The translations under genes were made by a program, and so were the position numbers. Positions 1 through 10,019 of a stretch of 64,000 nt of DNA are shown piece after piece. Source of the DNA: Alphaproteobacteria bacterium (GTDB lineage Bacteria; Pseudomonadota; Alphaproteobacteria; UBA7887); assembly GCA_965216755.1 (NCBI GenBank), contig CBDCGL010000011.1:3840001-3904000 (forward strand), in the 5' to 3' direction. How positions within the stretch are numbered: position 1 is the stretch's first letter; every line of letters begins with the position of its first letter. The notes below the pieces were generated by a model. It made no database searches and had not been told where the DNA came from. It saw nothing but the letters and a program-made list of their open reading frames with translations.

Positions 1-360
1 ATCCAAAAGCGTGACGGTTCCAACCACGTTGGTCATGAAGGTCTCGATAGGCTCACAATAGGAATATCGAACCAGTGACTGGGCCGCCATATGGAAGACG
101 ATCTCTGGCTGGTAGGCCCTCAGCACATTGGCAAGTTTGGCGCGGTCGTTGATATCGAACAAATGCGAGCGCATGTCTTGCGCCAACGCCAAGAGTTCGA
201 ACATGTTGGGCGCGGATTGCGGGCTGAGCGCGACGCCTTCCAGACGCGCACCGAGACGATGCAACCAGGCGCACAGCCAGCTACCCTTGAAGCCCGTGTG
301 CCCGGTGACCAGAACCTTGCGCCCGGCCCAAAATCCAGGATCTATGGCCAGACCTTCCAC
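1..360 (-). CDS. rfbG: CDP-glucose 4,6-dehydratase (5' part; runs off the window)
   Basis: Manual minus-strand translation from GTG at 360: ..FWAGRKVLVTGHTGFKGSWL..PEIVFHMAAQSLVRYSYCEPIETFMTNVVGT; directly downstream of rfbF. Confidence 0.92.
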   Translation of the reverse strand, partial: MEGLAIDPGFWAGRKVLVTGHTGFKGSWLCAWLHRLGARLEGVALSPQSAPNMFELLALAQDMRSHLFDINDRAKLANVLRAYQPEIVFHMAAQSLVRYSYCEPIETFMTNVVGTVTLLD

Positions 361-1115
361 GGCGCCTTTTCCTCTACCCAAAGGTTTTCCAGCAATGTCT
401 TGTCGCGCAGCGTATCCATGGGCTGCCAAAAGCCGCGATGTCTGTACGCATGAAGCTGACCTTCGCTGGCCAGGCGTTCCAATGGCGCGCGTTCCCAAAC
501 GGTCTTGTCGTCGTCCAGATAAGCCCCGACCTTTGGCGACAGCACGAAAAATCCGCCATTGATCCAGCCACCTTCACCGTCGGGTTTTTCGGCAAAATCG
601 ACTACTTTCGATTTGCTGATGGCCAACTGACCAAATCGCTTCGGCGGCGGCACCGCCGTGATCGTGGCCAGCCCCTTATGTTTGCGGTGAAAGGTGGCGA
701 GCGCGGCGATATCGATGTCGGCGACGCCGTCGCCATAGGTCAAACAAAATGCCTCGTCTTGTTTCAGCATCGGCAATATCCGTTTGATCCGTCCGCCCGT
801 CATGGTTTCCATGCCCGTGTCAATCAACGTCACGCGCCACGGTTCGGCCTGGTTGTGGATCACCTCCATGGCGCCGCGGCCCAGGTCGAACGATACGTCA
901 CTCATATGCAAGTGGTAATTGGCGAAATACTCTTTGACGACGTAGCCCTTGTAGCCCAGGCAAACGATGAAGTCATCGATGCCCCAGTGGCTGTAAATCT
1001 TCATGATGTGCCACAGCATCGGCCGGCCGCCGATCTCGACCATCGGTTTTGGGATGCGCTGGGTTTCCTCGCTGAGGCGGGTTCCCAAGCCGCCAGCCAA
1101 GATGACACATTTCAT
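342..1115 (-). CDS. rfbF: Glucose-1-phosphate cytidylyltransferase
   Basis: MKCVILAGGLGTRLSEET..PKPMVEIGG..LTYGDG..GFWQPMDTLRDK; start set at ATG 1115 within ORF 342..1493. Confidence 0.95.
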   Translation of the reverse strand: MKCVILAGGLGTRLSEETQRIPKPMVEIGGRPMLWHIMKIYSHWGIDDFIVCLGYKGYVVKEYFANYHLHMSDVSFDLGRGAMEVIHNQAEPWRVTLIDTGMETMTGGRIKRILPMLKQDEAFCLTYGDGVADIDIAALATFHRKHKGLATITAVPPPKRFGQLAISKSKVVDFAEKPDGEGGWINGGFFVLSPKVGAYLDDDKTVWERAPLERLASEGQLHAYRHRGFWQPMDTLRDKTLLENLWVEEKAPWKVWP

Positions 1116-1368
1116 CGGGTTCGCTTCCTGTATTGTGCGACCGTGTGCGGCTCTATACACGGTGTTATGCGTCTCGTCACGACGGTGCGTCTTTTGTCGG
1201 CCGGCGCCGATTTGATTGTCGTCGGATTTTGTTAAGCGAATACATATAATGCACGCATGAGAACGGGTAACGCGTTCGCTCGTGTGGCTGTCGAACCAGG
1301 GGATGTAAGGCCGCACGGATCTGAATGGCCAGGGAGAAGGCCCTCGTGACGCCGATTTGGGCATTGCC

Positions 1369-2589
1369 ATGACGGGGCATGTCGATGTGTCGGGGGCGCC
1401 GATCCGAATCGGCGTCGACGCGACATGTTGGACCAATGACCGAGGTTTCGGCCGATTCACCCGTGAACTGCTCACCGCGCTCGCCGTCCGCAACGACGGT
1501 TTCAGCTATACGCTTGTGTTCGATCAACCGCCGCCGCCAGGCACGGTGCCCGCGGGCGTGGCGGTCGCGAGCGCCAAGACCCGCCGCACCCTCGGTAACT
1601 CCGCCGTGGGTACGTCGTCGCGCTCGCTCACATATCTCTGGCAAATGGGCCGCCTTGTGCGCGCGGGCCGCTTCGATCTGTTCTTCTTTCCGGCTGTCTA
1701 TTCCTATTTTCCCTTGTTAGCGCGCGTGCCTTGTGTCGTCTGTTACCATGACGCGACGGCCGAACGGCTGCCACATTTGTTGTTCGCGAACCGATTGAAT
1801 TGGTGGCTCTGGCGCGCGAAAACAGAGCTGGCGCGCCTGCAGACGACCCGTGCGATGACTGTTTCGCTGACCTCGGCGCACGATGTCGAGACGATCTTGC
1901 GAATCCCGCGAGACAAGATCGACGTTGTCTCGGAAGCGGCCGATCCGGTTTTTCGGGCAATCGATGATCGACAAATAACTGCCACGGCAAGAAAGCGCTA
2001 TGATATCCCCGAAGATGCCGAATTGTTGGTGCACGTTGGTGGCATGAATGCCCACAAGAACATTCTTGGTTTACTGAAGGCCATGCCCGACGTTGTTGCG
2101 CGACAGCCGCAGGTACATTTGGCCATTGTTGGTGATCTTTCCGGCAAGGGATTTTGGGACAATGTTCCTGTCTTGATGGATTTTGCGCAGAACCATCCAG
2201 GTCTTCGATCGCGGGTCCACTTTACCGGGTATGTTGCCGATGCCGAACTGGTCGAGCTGCTCAGCGGGTGCGCCGCTTTGGTGTTTCCGTCGCTATGGGA
2301 GGGTTTTGGTCTGCCGGCGGTCGAAGCGATGTCGTGCGGTGTGCCCGTGCTGGCGAGTGACCGGGGCAGTTTGCCTGAGGTGATCGGCGATGCCGGACTG
2401 TTTTTTGACCCGGAAGACCCGGTCGATATCACCCGGTGTGTCCTGTCATTTCTAGCTGATGCGGATGCGCGACACACGCTCAGAGAACGGGCCTTGGCTC
2501 GGGCTCAGATGTTTAGCTGGGACAAGGCGGCCGCGCGCGCCGCGGAGAGTTTTCGGCGCTGCTACGAGGATGCGCGGCGTTCCCGTTAG
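1369..2589 (+). CDS. Glycosyltransferase family 4
   Basis: FPSLWEGFGLPAVEAMSCGVPVLAS GT-B (EX7E) motif. Confidence 0.92.
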   Translation: MTGHVDVSGAPIRIGVDATCWTNDRGFGRFTRELLTALAVRNDGFSYTLVFDQPPPPGTVPAGVAVASAKTRRTLGNSAVGTSSRSLTYLWQMGRLVRAGRFDLFFFPAVYSYFPLLARVPCVVCYHDATAERLPHLLFANRLNWWLWRAKTELARLQTTRAMTVSLTSAHDVETILRIPRDKIDVVSEAADPVFRAIDDRQITATARKRYDIPEDAELLVHVGGMNAHKNILGLLKAMPDVVARQPQVHLAIVGDLSGKGFWDNVPVLMDFAQNHPGLRSRVHFTGYVADAELVELLSGCAALVFPSLWEGFGLPAVEAMSCGVPVLASDRGSLPEVIGDAGLFFDPEDPVDITRCVLSFLADADARHTLRERALARAQMFSWDKAAARAAESFRRCYEDARRSR

Positions 2590-4046
2590 TCTTCGACCAC
2601 ATGCGATTTGAAGTCCACGCGATAGTCGGACCATCGATTGCGGTCGAAGGTGCCGTCGGGCCGCAAGCAATCGGCGGCGGCGTAGGCCATGGCCATGGCA
2701 TGATGCGTATTGTCATGGGCGAACAACCCCTGGCGACCGAATGTCAACAGGCCACCGATTTCGGAAAGCCAAGAGTCCATGACCTCGAAATGCCGCTCAT
2801 AGTCGCGGTCATAGACCGGATAGGCGTGGGCGAGGCGGCGCGTGACGACCGTCTTGACGGGCGCGTCGACGGGCAGGTCGACGCTTGCCAACCATCCACA
2901 AAGGCGTGCACCCAGATCTTGATCGGTCAAGGCCCATTCCGGTTGACCGGGGTCGGACGGCAATTCCGCACATAGCACGGTCTGGCCAGCGGGATGCGCA
3001 GCGGCTCGGTAATTCTTGGGCTCGGACATGCGCGATATGGGAATCGTGCTCTCTGGGAAGTAATGGGCGTCGTAGGCACTGAACTGAGGTTGTTCGAGCA
3101 CCAAATAGATCAGGATCATGCCGCGGAAACGGATACTGTCGGCGGCCGCGCGGACCGCCGGCGGCGCCGGCGGGTCAATCATATGTATGAGTAAGCTAAT
3201 CGGTAGGGTTGACCAGACAATGTCGCTGCGCAGTGACGTGTCCTGTCCATTCTGGCGATAACGCACGGCGGTGACGCGTCCATCTTCGATGTCGATACCG
3301 TTGACAGTGGCATCGAACGCAAACTCGACGCCAAAGGCCGTCGCCGCCGTGTGCAGGCTCTGCGAGATCTGGCCGAATCCGTCACGCGGATAATAGAATC
3401 CGCCCGCCTGCGCCGTACGCAGGCCGGGCAGTTGACGCGCGACTTTGGCAAGGATCTTTCCGATGGAGCTTCCCGAAACACGCCGTTCGGCAAGGGTGAC
3501 CACCAAGTCCTCCGGTGCCACCCCCCAAAGCTTGCGCACGTAAGGAAAGTAGAACGACTCACACATCGCGGTGCCCAGGCCGTGCTGCAAAGTGGTGGCG
3601 AAGTTCGGGTTAGCGACTGGGGCCCGTGGCAATGCATTGCGTAGAGCGCCAAGAGCCAATGTCAGAGCAAAGCTCTTAGGCAAGCGCAACAGCAGGTCGA
3701 ATGGTTTGAGTGGAAAATGGATCCAGCGCCCTTTCAGGCGAATCCGACCATGGCGGGGGCGCCACAGCAGGTCGTCGCCCAATAAAGAGCGCAGGTCGTC
3801 GAGCACCCGCGGTTCGGCGACGGGATGCAGGCGATGGCTGCCGAAGTCGCACCAGACACCGTCGACCATAAAACTTGCTGCGTTGCCGCCGACGTCGCCC
3901 CGTTTCTCGACCACCGTGACATCGGCTTTGCGATCCCGTGCAAGGGCATAGCCGGCCGCCACGCCCGCTGGACCGGCGCCCAGCACGGCGACGCGCGGCA
4001 ACGGCGATGCACGGTGCGCGCGGGCATCGATTGGCGTCCCGTTCAT
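2586..4046 (-). CDS. FAD-dependent oxidoreductase (protoporphyrinogen oxidase / UDP-galactopyranose mutase-like)
   Basis: VAVLGAGPAG dinucleotide motif, DFGSHRLH, YYPRDGFGQI, AYPVYD, GRQGLFAHDNTHHAMAM. Confidence 0.85.
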   Translation of the reverse strand: MNGTPIDARAHRASPLPRVAVLGAGPAGVAAGYALARDRKADVTVVEKRGDVGGNAASFMVDGVWCDFGSHRLHPVAEPRVLDDLRSLLGDDLLWRPRHGRIRLKGRWIHFPLKPFDLLLRLPKSFALTLALGALRNALPRAPVANPNFATTLQHGLGTAMCESFYFPYVRKLWGVAPEDLVVTLAERRVSGSSIGKILAKVARQLPGLRTAQAGGFYYPRDGFGQISQSLHTAATAFGVEFAFDATVNGIDIEDGRVTAVRYRQNGQDTSLRSDIVWSTLPISLLIHMIDPPAPPAVRAAADSIRFRGMILIYLVLEQPQFSAYDAHYFPESTIPISRMSEPKNYRAAAHPAGQTVLCAELPSDPGQPEWALTDQDLGARLCGWLASVDLPVDAPVKTVVTRRLAHAYPVYDRDYERHFEVMDSWLSEIGGLLTFGRQGLFAHDNTHHAMAMAYAAADCLRPDGTFDRNRWSDYRVDFKSHVVED

Positions 4047-4987
4047 ACGGGACCCGCCTGGCGCGCGCGCTCACGGCGCATCGACAGCGCAAACGCAATG
4101 CCACCTAGAAGACCCGACGCAAAAAGGATCGTTTGCCAAACCAGGCCGACCGCCACGACCTTTGCCGCGTCGGCGCCGAAGGGCGTGAGCATCGTCGCCA
4201 AGCTCGCCTCGCGCACGCCCAGGCCGGAGATGCTGATCGGCACAATGGCAACGAGTTTGGCCAACGGCCATGCAAAAAACCAGTGCGCAGCTTGTGCATC
4301 GACCGCGCTGGCCGCGCCCAACGCAACGTTCAATCCAACGAACACGGCTTGCACGCTGATCGATAAGCCAAAACAAAATAACAGACGGCCCGGCATGCGT
4401 CGGAATTCTGTCATAACGCTTGTGATCTTCTCCACAATCCCGCTTTGACTGAGCCGTGGAACAATAATGAGTGCGAGAATGATCGCCGCGGCCGCAACGA
4501 AAAGAACACTGCCAATCGCCAACAACGGACCACGCCACACAATGGCGGGTCCCAGAGCCGTCAAGGCGCCGGCTGCCGACAAAGCAAGCAAAGCAAAGCT
4601 GTCCAAGAACCGGTCGGCGAGCGATCCGATAGCGACCCGTGCCTTGTTGCTGGCGGGTTGTAGCACCAATCCGGCCCGGACCACGTCGCCACCCGCGATC
4701 CCCGGCAAGCACAAATTCGCCGCCAGTCCGGCAAAGTGCGCCCTGATGGCGGTGGCAAAGGGAATGTCGGCGTGGCGGCTGGTCAGAAGCCACCATTTGG
4801 TGGCGGCGATCACATGCCCACCCAAAAATGCAAGAAGAACGCCGGTCCACAGCAACGGTGGGATACTGGACATAGTTTGCCAAACCTCGCCAATGGGCAA
4901 TATGGCAAACGTCGCCGTAAGAACGAGCGCTGACCCAACGACCCGGATCACCCATGACCGCGGAATCCGCTTGAACGGTGTTGTCAT
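4043..4987 (-). CDS. Lysylphosphatidylglycerol-synthase TM-domain / flippase-like membrane protein
   Basis: Multi-TM; NLCLPGIAGGDVVRA and PISISGLGVREA motifs. Confidence 0.85.
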   Translation of the reverse strand: MTTPFKRIPRSWVIRVVGSALVLTATFAILPIGEVWQTMSSIPPLLWTGVLLAFLGGHVIAATKWWLLTSRHADIPFATAIRAHFAGLAANLCLPGIAGGDVVRAGLVLQPASNKARVAIGSLADRFLDSFALLALSAAGALTALGPAIVWRGPLLAIGSVLFVAAAAIILALIIVPRLSQSGIVEKITSVMTEFRRMPGRLLFCFGLSISVQAVFVGLNVALGAASAVDAQAAHWFFAWPLAKLVAIVPISISGLGVREASLATMLTPFGADAAKVVAVGLVWQTILFASGLLGGIAFALSMRRERARQAGPV

Positions 4988-5024
4988 GGCTCAACGCATC
5001 GTCGGCTTTGTCCGTGCGCCGAAC

Positions 5025-5942
5025 TCACGGACGTAAATGGAGACGCGAAATCATGTCGGCCAGCAAGCCCAATGACCAGACCATGATCCCACCCAATAGG
5101 CCAAGGACGGCGCTCTCCGACAGGTCGCCGATGAAGATGTCGTAGACCAGCTTGAGGACACCAAGCCCAAACAACACCGCACCGAGTGGCAAAAAAATAC
5201 GTAGTGGGCTAAATAAGACGATCGCGCGCAGGACCAACAAAATGAAACTGAAAAAATCGGAAGGCCTGATTTTCGATCGTCCGATTCGACGACCATAACT
5301 GATCGGGTAATAGGTGACGGCATGATCAGAGCAGATCATGCAAAGCGTGATTGTGGTGGTAAACGAAAAGCCAAGCGGCAGCAGCGGTAGAAATTGCGTC
5401 AAGGCGGCGCGGCGGAATATGCGCAAGCCCGAGTTCAAGTCGGGAATTTTGCGCCGCGCCAGATAGTTCGCCAAGCCGTTCAGGATGAACTTGGCGGGCC
5501 GGCGCACCAGCGGCACATTGTTGGCGCCAACTTGCCGGGCGCCGACCACCATGTCCGCTGTTTCGGCTTGCGCCAGCATGTCGGGCAGACACGCAGCCGG
5601 GTAGGTGCCGTCTGCATCAATGATCGCCACATAGTTCGAATTGCCTGCCAATATGCCCCGTTTCAGCGCCGCGCCGTAGCCGGAATTCTGTGCCAGCGAG
5701 ATGACGTGCGCGTCGCTGCGCTCAGCCTCGGCGCGTGTGTCATCGCGCGATCCATCGTCAACGACAATAATATCGAAATCTATGCCGCTCTTGGCCATCG
5801 CGTCGCGCACCGCAGCGACTGTTTGGAAAATCGCCTTTTCTTCGTTGTAAGCCGGGATCACAACGCTCAACGTGACGAATTCACGCGCTGAGTCGGGCGC
5901 GGCGCGGGTTTGTGGCACGGGCATTTCGCGCACTGACGTCAT
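5025..5942 (-). CDS. Glycosyltransferase family 2 (polyprenyl-phosphate sugar synthase-like)
   Basis: SVVIPAYNEE, VDDGSRD, IIDADGTY, DLNSGLRIFRR; two C-terminal TM helices. Confidence 0.9.
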   Translation of the reverse strand: MTSVREMPVPQTRAAPDSAREFVTLSVVIPAYNEEKAIFQTVAAVRDAMAKSGIDFDIIVVDDGSRDDTRAEAERSDAHVISLAQNSGYGAALKRGILAGNSNYVAIIDADGTYPAACLPDMLAQAETADMVVGARQVGANNVPLVRRPAKFILNGLANYLARRKIPDLNSGLRIFRRAALTQFLPLLPLGFSFTTTITLCMICSDHAVTYYPISYGRRIGRSKIRPSDFFSFILLVLRAIVLFSPLRIFLPLGAVLFGLGVLKLVYDIFIGDLSESAVLGLLGGIMVWSLGLLADMISRLHLRP

Positions 5943-6398
5943 GGATGGCGTGGGCGTGCCTTGCGCGGCGGCCGCGTCATCTTGCGCCGTCCTCGATGTC
6001 TGGTCATTTTGGATCTTGGGTTCCTATTCTGTGGTTTGTTGGTCGCCATGACCCCTTAGCATCGATCATCCTGGCGCTTGTCCACGGTATTGTATGCAAA
6101 TCTTGACAACAAGGCCTCTTGTTGCACATAGCGCACGCGGCATGAACGGACAAACGCGGGCCGTGACGGGGCAATTGAGCGCTCATAGCAAATCAACTTT
6201 AATCAGATGTTGAGGGTGTATGAGTTATTGTTTTCGTTAAATATTCGGCAATAATTCTGAGGCGAGTTGACGGATCTTTGGCGGTTTGTTAGAGACGCGT
6301 TTCACTCAGATCAGGATCGTTTTGAGCAGAATTGCGCGTTCCGATGTAGACTGGATGCGCATTGCCTGACAACGCGTTGATGACGGGAGATAGATTGC

Positions 6399-6743
6399 AT
6401 GAGCACAGTGTCCCGTGACGAGCAATTTGTCCGCAGCACATTCGCCCGGTTGGACCCGGTTGCGATGGGGGTGGCCTTGGGTGTCGTGTGCGCGGCCGCG
6501 CTGTGTTTGGGGACGGTCATTTTGTTGTTAAAGGGTGCCCCGCCGGGCCAGGAAGTCGGACCAAATCTGGCGAATATTGGCCATCTTTTGATCGGGTACG
6601 AAGTCACGTGGATCGGCAGCCTGATTGGTATTGCCTATGGCGGGCTGATCGGTGGTGCGCTGGGTGTCGGCTTCGCGTTTTTATGGAATGTCGCCCATTT
6701 GCTGATTTTGAGTGTCGTTTTGCTTGGCAGCGACGTGCTATGA
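6399..6743 (+). CDS. Small membrane protein (2-TM module, holin-like family)
   Basis: RBS-like GGGAG upstream; GYEVTWIGSLIGIAYGGLIGG..FAFLWN; homologous to both halves of the next ORF. Confidence 0.75.
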   Translation: MSTVSRDEQFVRSTFARLDPVAMGVALGVVCAAALCLGTVILLLKGAPPGQEVGPNLANIGHLLIGYEVTWIGSLIGIAYGGLIGGALGVGFAFLWNVAHLLILSVVLLGSDVL

Positions 6744-6797
6744 GCGGATTGCTTATGACAGCTTTAACCGACGAACAGATCCATCAGGGCGTCGCAC

Positions 6798-7511
6798 ATG
6801 GGTGTTGATATGCATCAGCGGTCGCCAGATAGCCGTGCTGTGGTCAAGGCCAGCGTTTGGTTCAACACCGGTATTATGGCGATTCTGGCCGGACTCGCGT
6901 TGGCCGCCGCGCTGTTTGTCATCACGCATGCATCGCTGGCTATTTTCGGCAAGCACGCGGGTGGCTATCTGAACCTGTTGGGCGTTTTCTTACCGGGCTA
7001 TCACGCCAGTCCCAGCGGTGCTTGGATCGGCTTGCTGTGGGGCGTCTTGGTCGGCGGTTTCATCGGCGCCGCGTTTTACCGTATCTACGCGGCCGACGCG
7101 CTGCGCAGTGGCACACCGATGGCCCACATATCCAGCCAGGCCGATGATGCCGAATCCTGGCAACCACCGGTCATGCTTTTGTCAGGACATCACTTGGGTA
7201 TCGCTGTCGGCGCATTGATGGCGGCCCTTTTGGCCATGGGCACGCTGTGGCTGGTTATTCGCGGTACGGCGCATGAAAGTGTCCATGCCGCGCTTTTGAG
7301 CAACTACTTGCCGGGGTACTCCGTCGATGTTGGCGGGGCGCTGATCGGGGCGGCGGACATATTCCTTGCAACTTACGTTTTCACAACCATCTTCGCGTTT
7401 ATTTACAACAGGGTCGCGAAAATGCGCTGTGAGAGGGGGATTGGTGGAAGCACCTCAGGGGAAAGTCGTCATCCTCGGTGGCGGACCGGGCGGGCTGGCC
7501 GCGGGACATGA
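6798..7511 (+). CDS. Membrane protein with duplicated 2-TM module
   Basis: Two copies of LPGYxxxxxGAxIG; ends FAFIYN. Confidence 0.75.
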   Translation: MGVDMHQRSPDSRAVVKASVWFNTGIMAILAGLALAAALFVITHASLAIFGKHAGGYLNLLGVFLPGYHASPSGAWIGLLWGVLVGGFIGAAFYRIYAADALRSGTPMAHISSQADDAESWQPPVMLLSGHHLGIAVGALMAALLAMGTLWLVIRGTAHESVHAALLSNYLPGYSVDVGGALIGAADIFLATYVFTTIFAFIYNRVAKMRCERGIGGSTSGESRHPRWRTGRAGRGT

Positions 7512-8943
7512 GCTCGTCGCGCGCGGCATGCGCGTGATGGTGCTGGAACGCAATGGTTATGTCGGCGGCCTGTGCCGCACAATTCACCATAACGGCTATA
7601 AATTCGATCTTGGCGGCCATCGTTGGTTTACCAAGAACGAGGATTTGAACCGATGGTTTCGCGAGTTGATGGAAGGCGAGATCGTCTGGGTCGACCGCAT
7701 TAGCCGCATCTATTACGGCGGCAAATACTTCAACTATCCGGTCCGGTTTGGTGACGTCGTGCGCAAATCGGGCCCGTTGACGATCCTGCATGCCGGGTTG
7801 TCGTTTTTGTGGGCTGTGGTCAAGAACGCACTCGGCAGCAAACCGCCCGTAACCATGCGCGATGCTTATGTGCGGCAATTTGGCTACAAGCTCTATGACA
7901 TGTTTTTTCGCCTTTACAGCGAGAAGGTCTGGGGGCTGCCGTGCGATCAGTTGTCTGCGGATTGGGTGACACAGCGCAGCAAAGGCCTATCGATTTGGAC
8001 AGTGATTAGAGATGCGCTTGCTGGCAGTGGCGGCAAGGTGGTGAGCCTAATCGAGCAGTTCATGTATCCGCGCGACGGCTATATGCGTATTCCCGAGCGC
8101 ATGGCCGAAGATATCACCGCTGCCGGTAGCGAGGTTGTCTTGGGCAGCACGGTCACGCGCATCACGTACAATGGACCGCGCGATTTTGTCATCACCTACA
8201 GCCAAGATGGCGTTGAGAAGACGACCAAGGCCGACGCCGTGGTCTCCACCATTCCACTGGGTTTGCTGGCACGCATTTTCGAACCGCAATGCGATGATGC
8301 GGTGACGAATGCCGCGCAAGCCTTGGTGTTTCGGGATTTGATTACCGTCAACGTCATGATCAACCGACCGCAAGTGACCGGCGACACCTGGCTCTATGTC
8401 CAGGACCACGACATCCTGTTTGGGCGAATTCACGAGCCGAAGAACTGGAGCCCGGCCATGGTGCCGGATGACGGCGTCACGTCTCTCGTATTGGAGTGCT
8501 TTTGCTCACGCGGCGACGACATTTGGTCGATGTCTGACGAAGACGTTGCCGCCCGCTGCATTGACGATTTGGTGACCAAGCTTGAATTCATTGATCGCGA
8601 CGATGTCGTCGATACAAATGTCGCGCGCGTGACGCAGGCCTATCCTGTGTACGATTTGCAGTACAAACAACGTATCGATGTGATTCAGGATTTCTTGCAG
8701 AGCTTTAATGGCCTCTACACGGTCGGGCGCGGCGGTACGTTTCGCTACAACAACGCCGATCACTCCATTGAGATGGGTCTTTTGGTGGCGCGCCGCATTC
8801 TGGGCGAATCGATCGATTTTATGTCGGTGAATACGGAGCATGCCTATCACGAAGAAGTCCGCGAAGGCGACGAAACGCGCGCGGATCTTTACACCTATTT
8901 TCCCAGCTCGGTGACCCTGCGATGCGCGCGCGAGGCCGAGTGA
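7444..8943 (+). CDS. FAD-dependent oxidoreductase, paralog of 2586..4046
   Basis: VVILGGGPGG, DLGGHRWF, MYPRDGYMRI, AYPVYD, GRGGTFRYNNADHSIEM; GTG 7444 preceded by GAGGGGG. Confidence 0.85.
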   Translation: MEAPQGKVVILGGGPGGLAAGHELVARGMRVMVLERNGYVGGLCRTIHHNGYKFDLGGHRWFTKNEDLNRWFRELMEGEIVWVDRISRIYYGGKYFNYPVRFGDVVRKSGPLTILHAGLSFLWAVVKNALGSKPPVTMRDAYVRQFGYKLYDMFFRLYSEKVWGLPCDQLSADWVTQRSKGLSIWTVIRDALAGSGGKVVSLIEQFMYPRDGYMRIPERMAEDITAAGSEVVLGSTVTRITYNGPRDFVITYSQDGVEKTTKADAVVSTIPLGLLARIFEPQCDDAVTNAAQALVFRDLITVNVMINRPQVTGDTWLYVQDHDILFGRIHEPKNWSPAMVPDDGVTSLVLECFCSRGDDIWSMSDEDVAARCIDDLVTKLEFIDRDDVVDTNVARVTQAYPVYDLQYKQRIDVIQDFLQSFNGLYTVGRGGTFRYNNADHSIEMGLLVARRILGESIDFMSVNTEHAYHEEVREGDETRADLYTYFPSSVTLRCAREAE

Positions 8944-9005
8944 ACCGGCAAGCGACGATGCAAATGTGGCGTCGCCCGTAAGAGCGTTTACGGATCGCGA
9001 CGGTT

Positions 9006-10019
9006 ATGACGACGCCCGCGCACGACGCCACGATTTCGGCGATCATGCCTGTCTACAATGGCGCCGACTTTATCACCAAGAGCCTGCCGCCGCTCTTGCG
9101 CCTGCGGACGCAGGGCGATGTCGTGGAAGTCATTGTGGTCGACGACAGTTCGACCGATGCATCGGCGGCGATCGCCGCCCAACTTGGTGCCACGGTTCTG
9201 CCCTCGGGTGGGCGCCTGGGGCCCGGCGCCGCGCGCAACGTCGCGGCGCAACAGGCGCGGGGCACAATACTCTGGTTCGTCGATGCTGACGTCGTGGTGC
9301 ACGATGATGCGGCCAAGAAATTCCTGTCGGCCTTTGCTGATCAAGATGTGACCGCAGTCTTTGGATCGTATGACGACAATCCGCCGGTACAGACGTTTGC
9401 CGCGCAATATAAGAATCTGGTCCATCATTTCTATCATCAGCGCGGCCGCCGCAATGCATCGACATTCTGGGCTGGTTGCGGTGCGGTCCGAAAGGCCGCT
9501 TACTTGGCGGTCGGCGGTTTTGACGGCCAGCTCTATCGGCGCCCGGCGATAGAGGATATCGAGCTCGGCTATAGATTGATCGATGCCGGCGGCCGCATCG
9601 AGTTACACCCCGATATTCAATGCACCCACTTGAAAGCTTGGAAACTGTGGGAAGTCATACGGGTAGACGTATTTCAACGCGCCATCCCGTGGTCACGTCT
9701 TTTGATCAGTCGGCCTTCGGTGCCAGCCGATCTGAACATCAGCGCTGGCGAGCGACCAAAGGCGGTACTCGCGTTAGCGTGCTGGGCGGCACTGTTTTTC
9801 ACGATGGTTGGGGTCATCCCGTGGTGGGCCGCGCTTGGCGTCTTGGCTCTGGCATGGGCGGTCAATCGCCGATTGTTCGGCCTATTCTTGCGACGGCGGG
9901 GTGTGCTGTTTGCAATGGGCGGGTTCTTGTTTCATCAGCTCTACTATACATATAGCATAGCCAGCTATGTTTGGGCGTGGCTGAGCACGCGGCGGCCGGC
10001 CCGTGTTGCCGCCGGATGA
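9006..10019 (+). CDS. Glycosyltransferase family 2
   Basis: AIMPVYN, VVDDSSTD, ARN, FVDAD, GGFD, IEDIELGYRL; C-terminal TMs. Confidence 0.9.
   Translation: MTTPAHDATISAIMPVYNGADFITKSLPPLLRLRTQGDVVEVIVVDDSSTDASAAIAAQLGATVLPSGGRLGPGAARNVAAQQARGTILWFVDADVVVHDDAAKKFLSAFADQDVTAVFGSYDDNPPVQTFAAQYKNLVHHFYHQRGRRNASTFWAGCGAVRKAAYLAVGGFDGQLYRRPAIEDIELGYRLIDAGGRIELHPDIQCTHLKAWKLWEVIRVDVFQRAIPWSRLLISRPSVPADLNISAGERPKAVLALACWAALFFTMVGVIPWWAALGVLALAWAVNRRLFGLFLRRRGVLFAMGGFLFHQLYYTYSIASYVWAWLSTRRPARVAAG

Noticed and set aside
1116-1493. 125-aa N-terminal extension of rfbF in the ORF track
   Set aside because: Conserved RfbF start is MKCVILAGG at 1115; the extension overlaps the divergent GT4 gene
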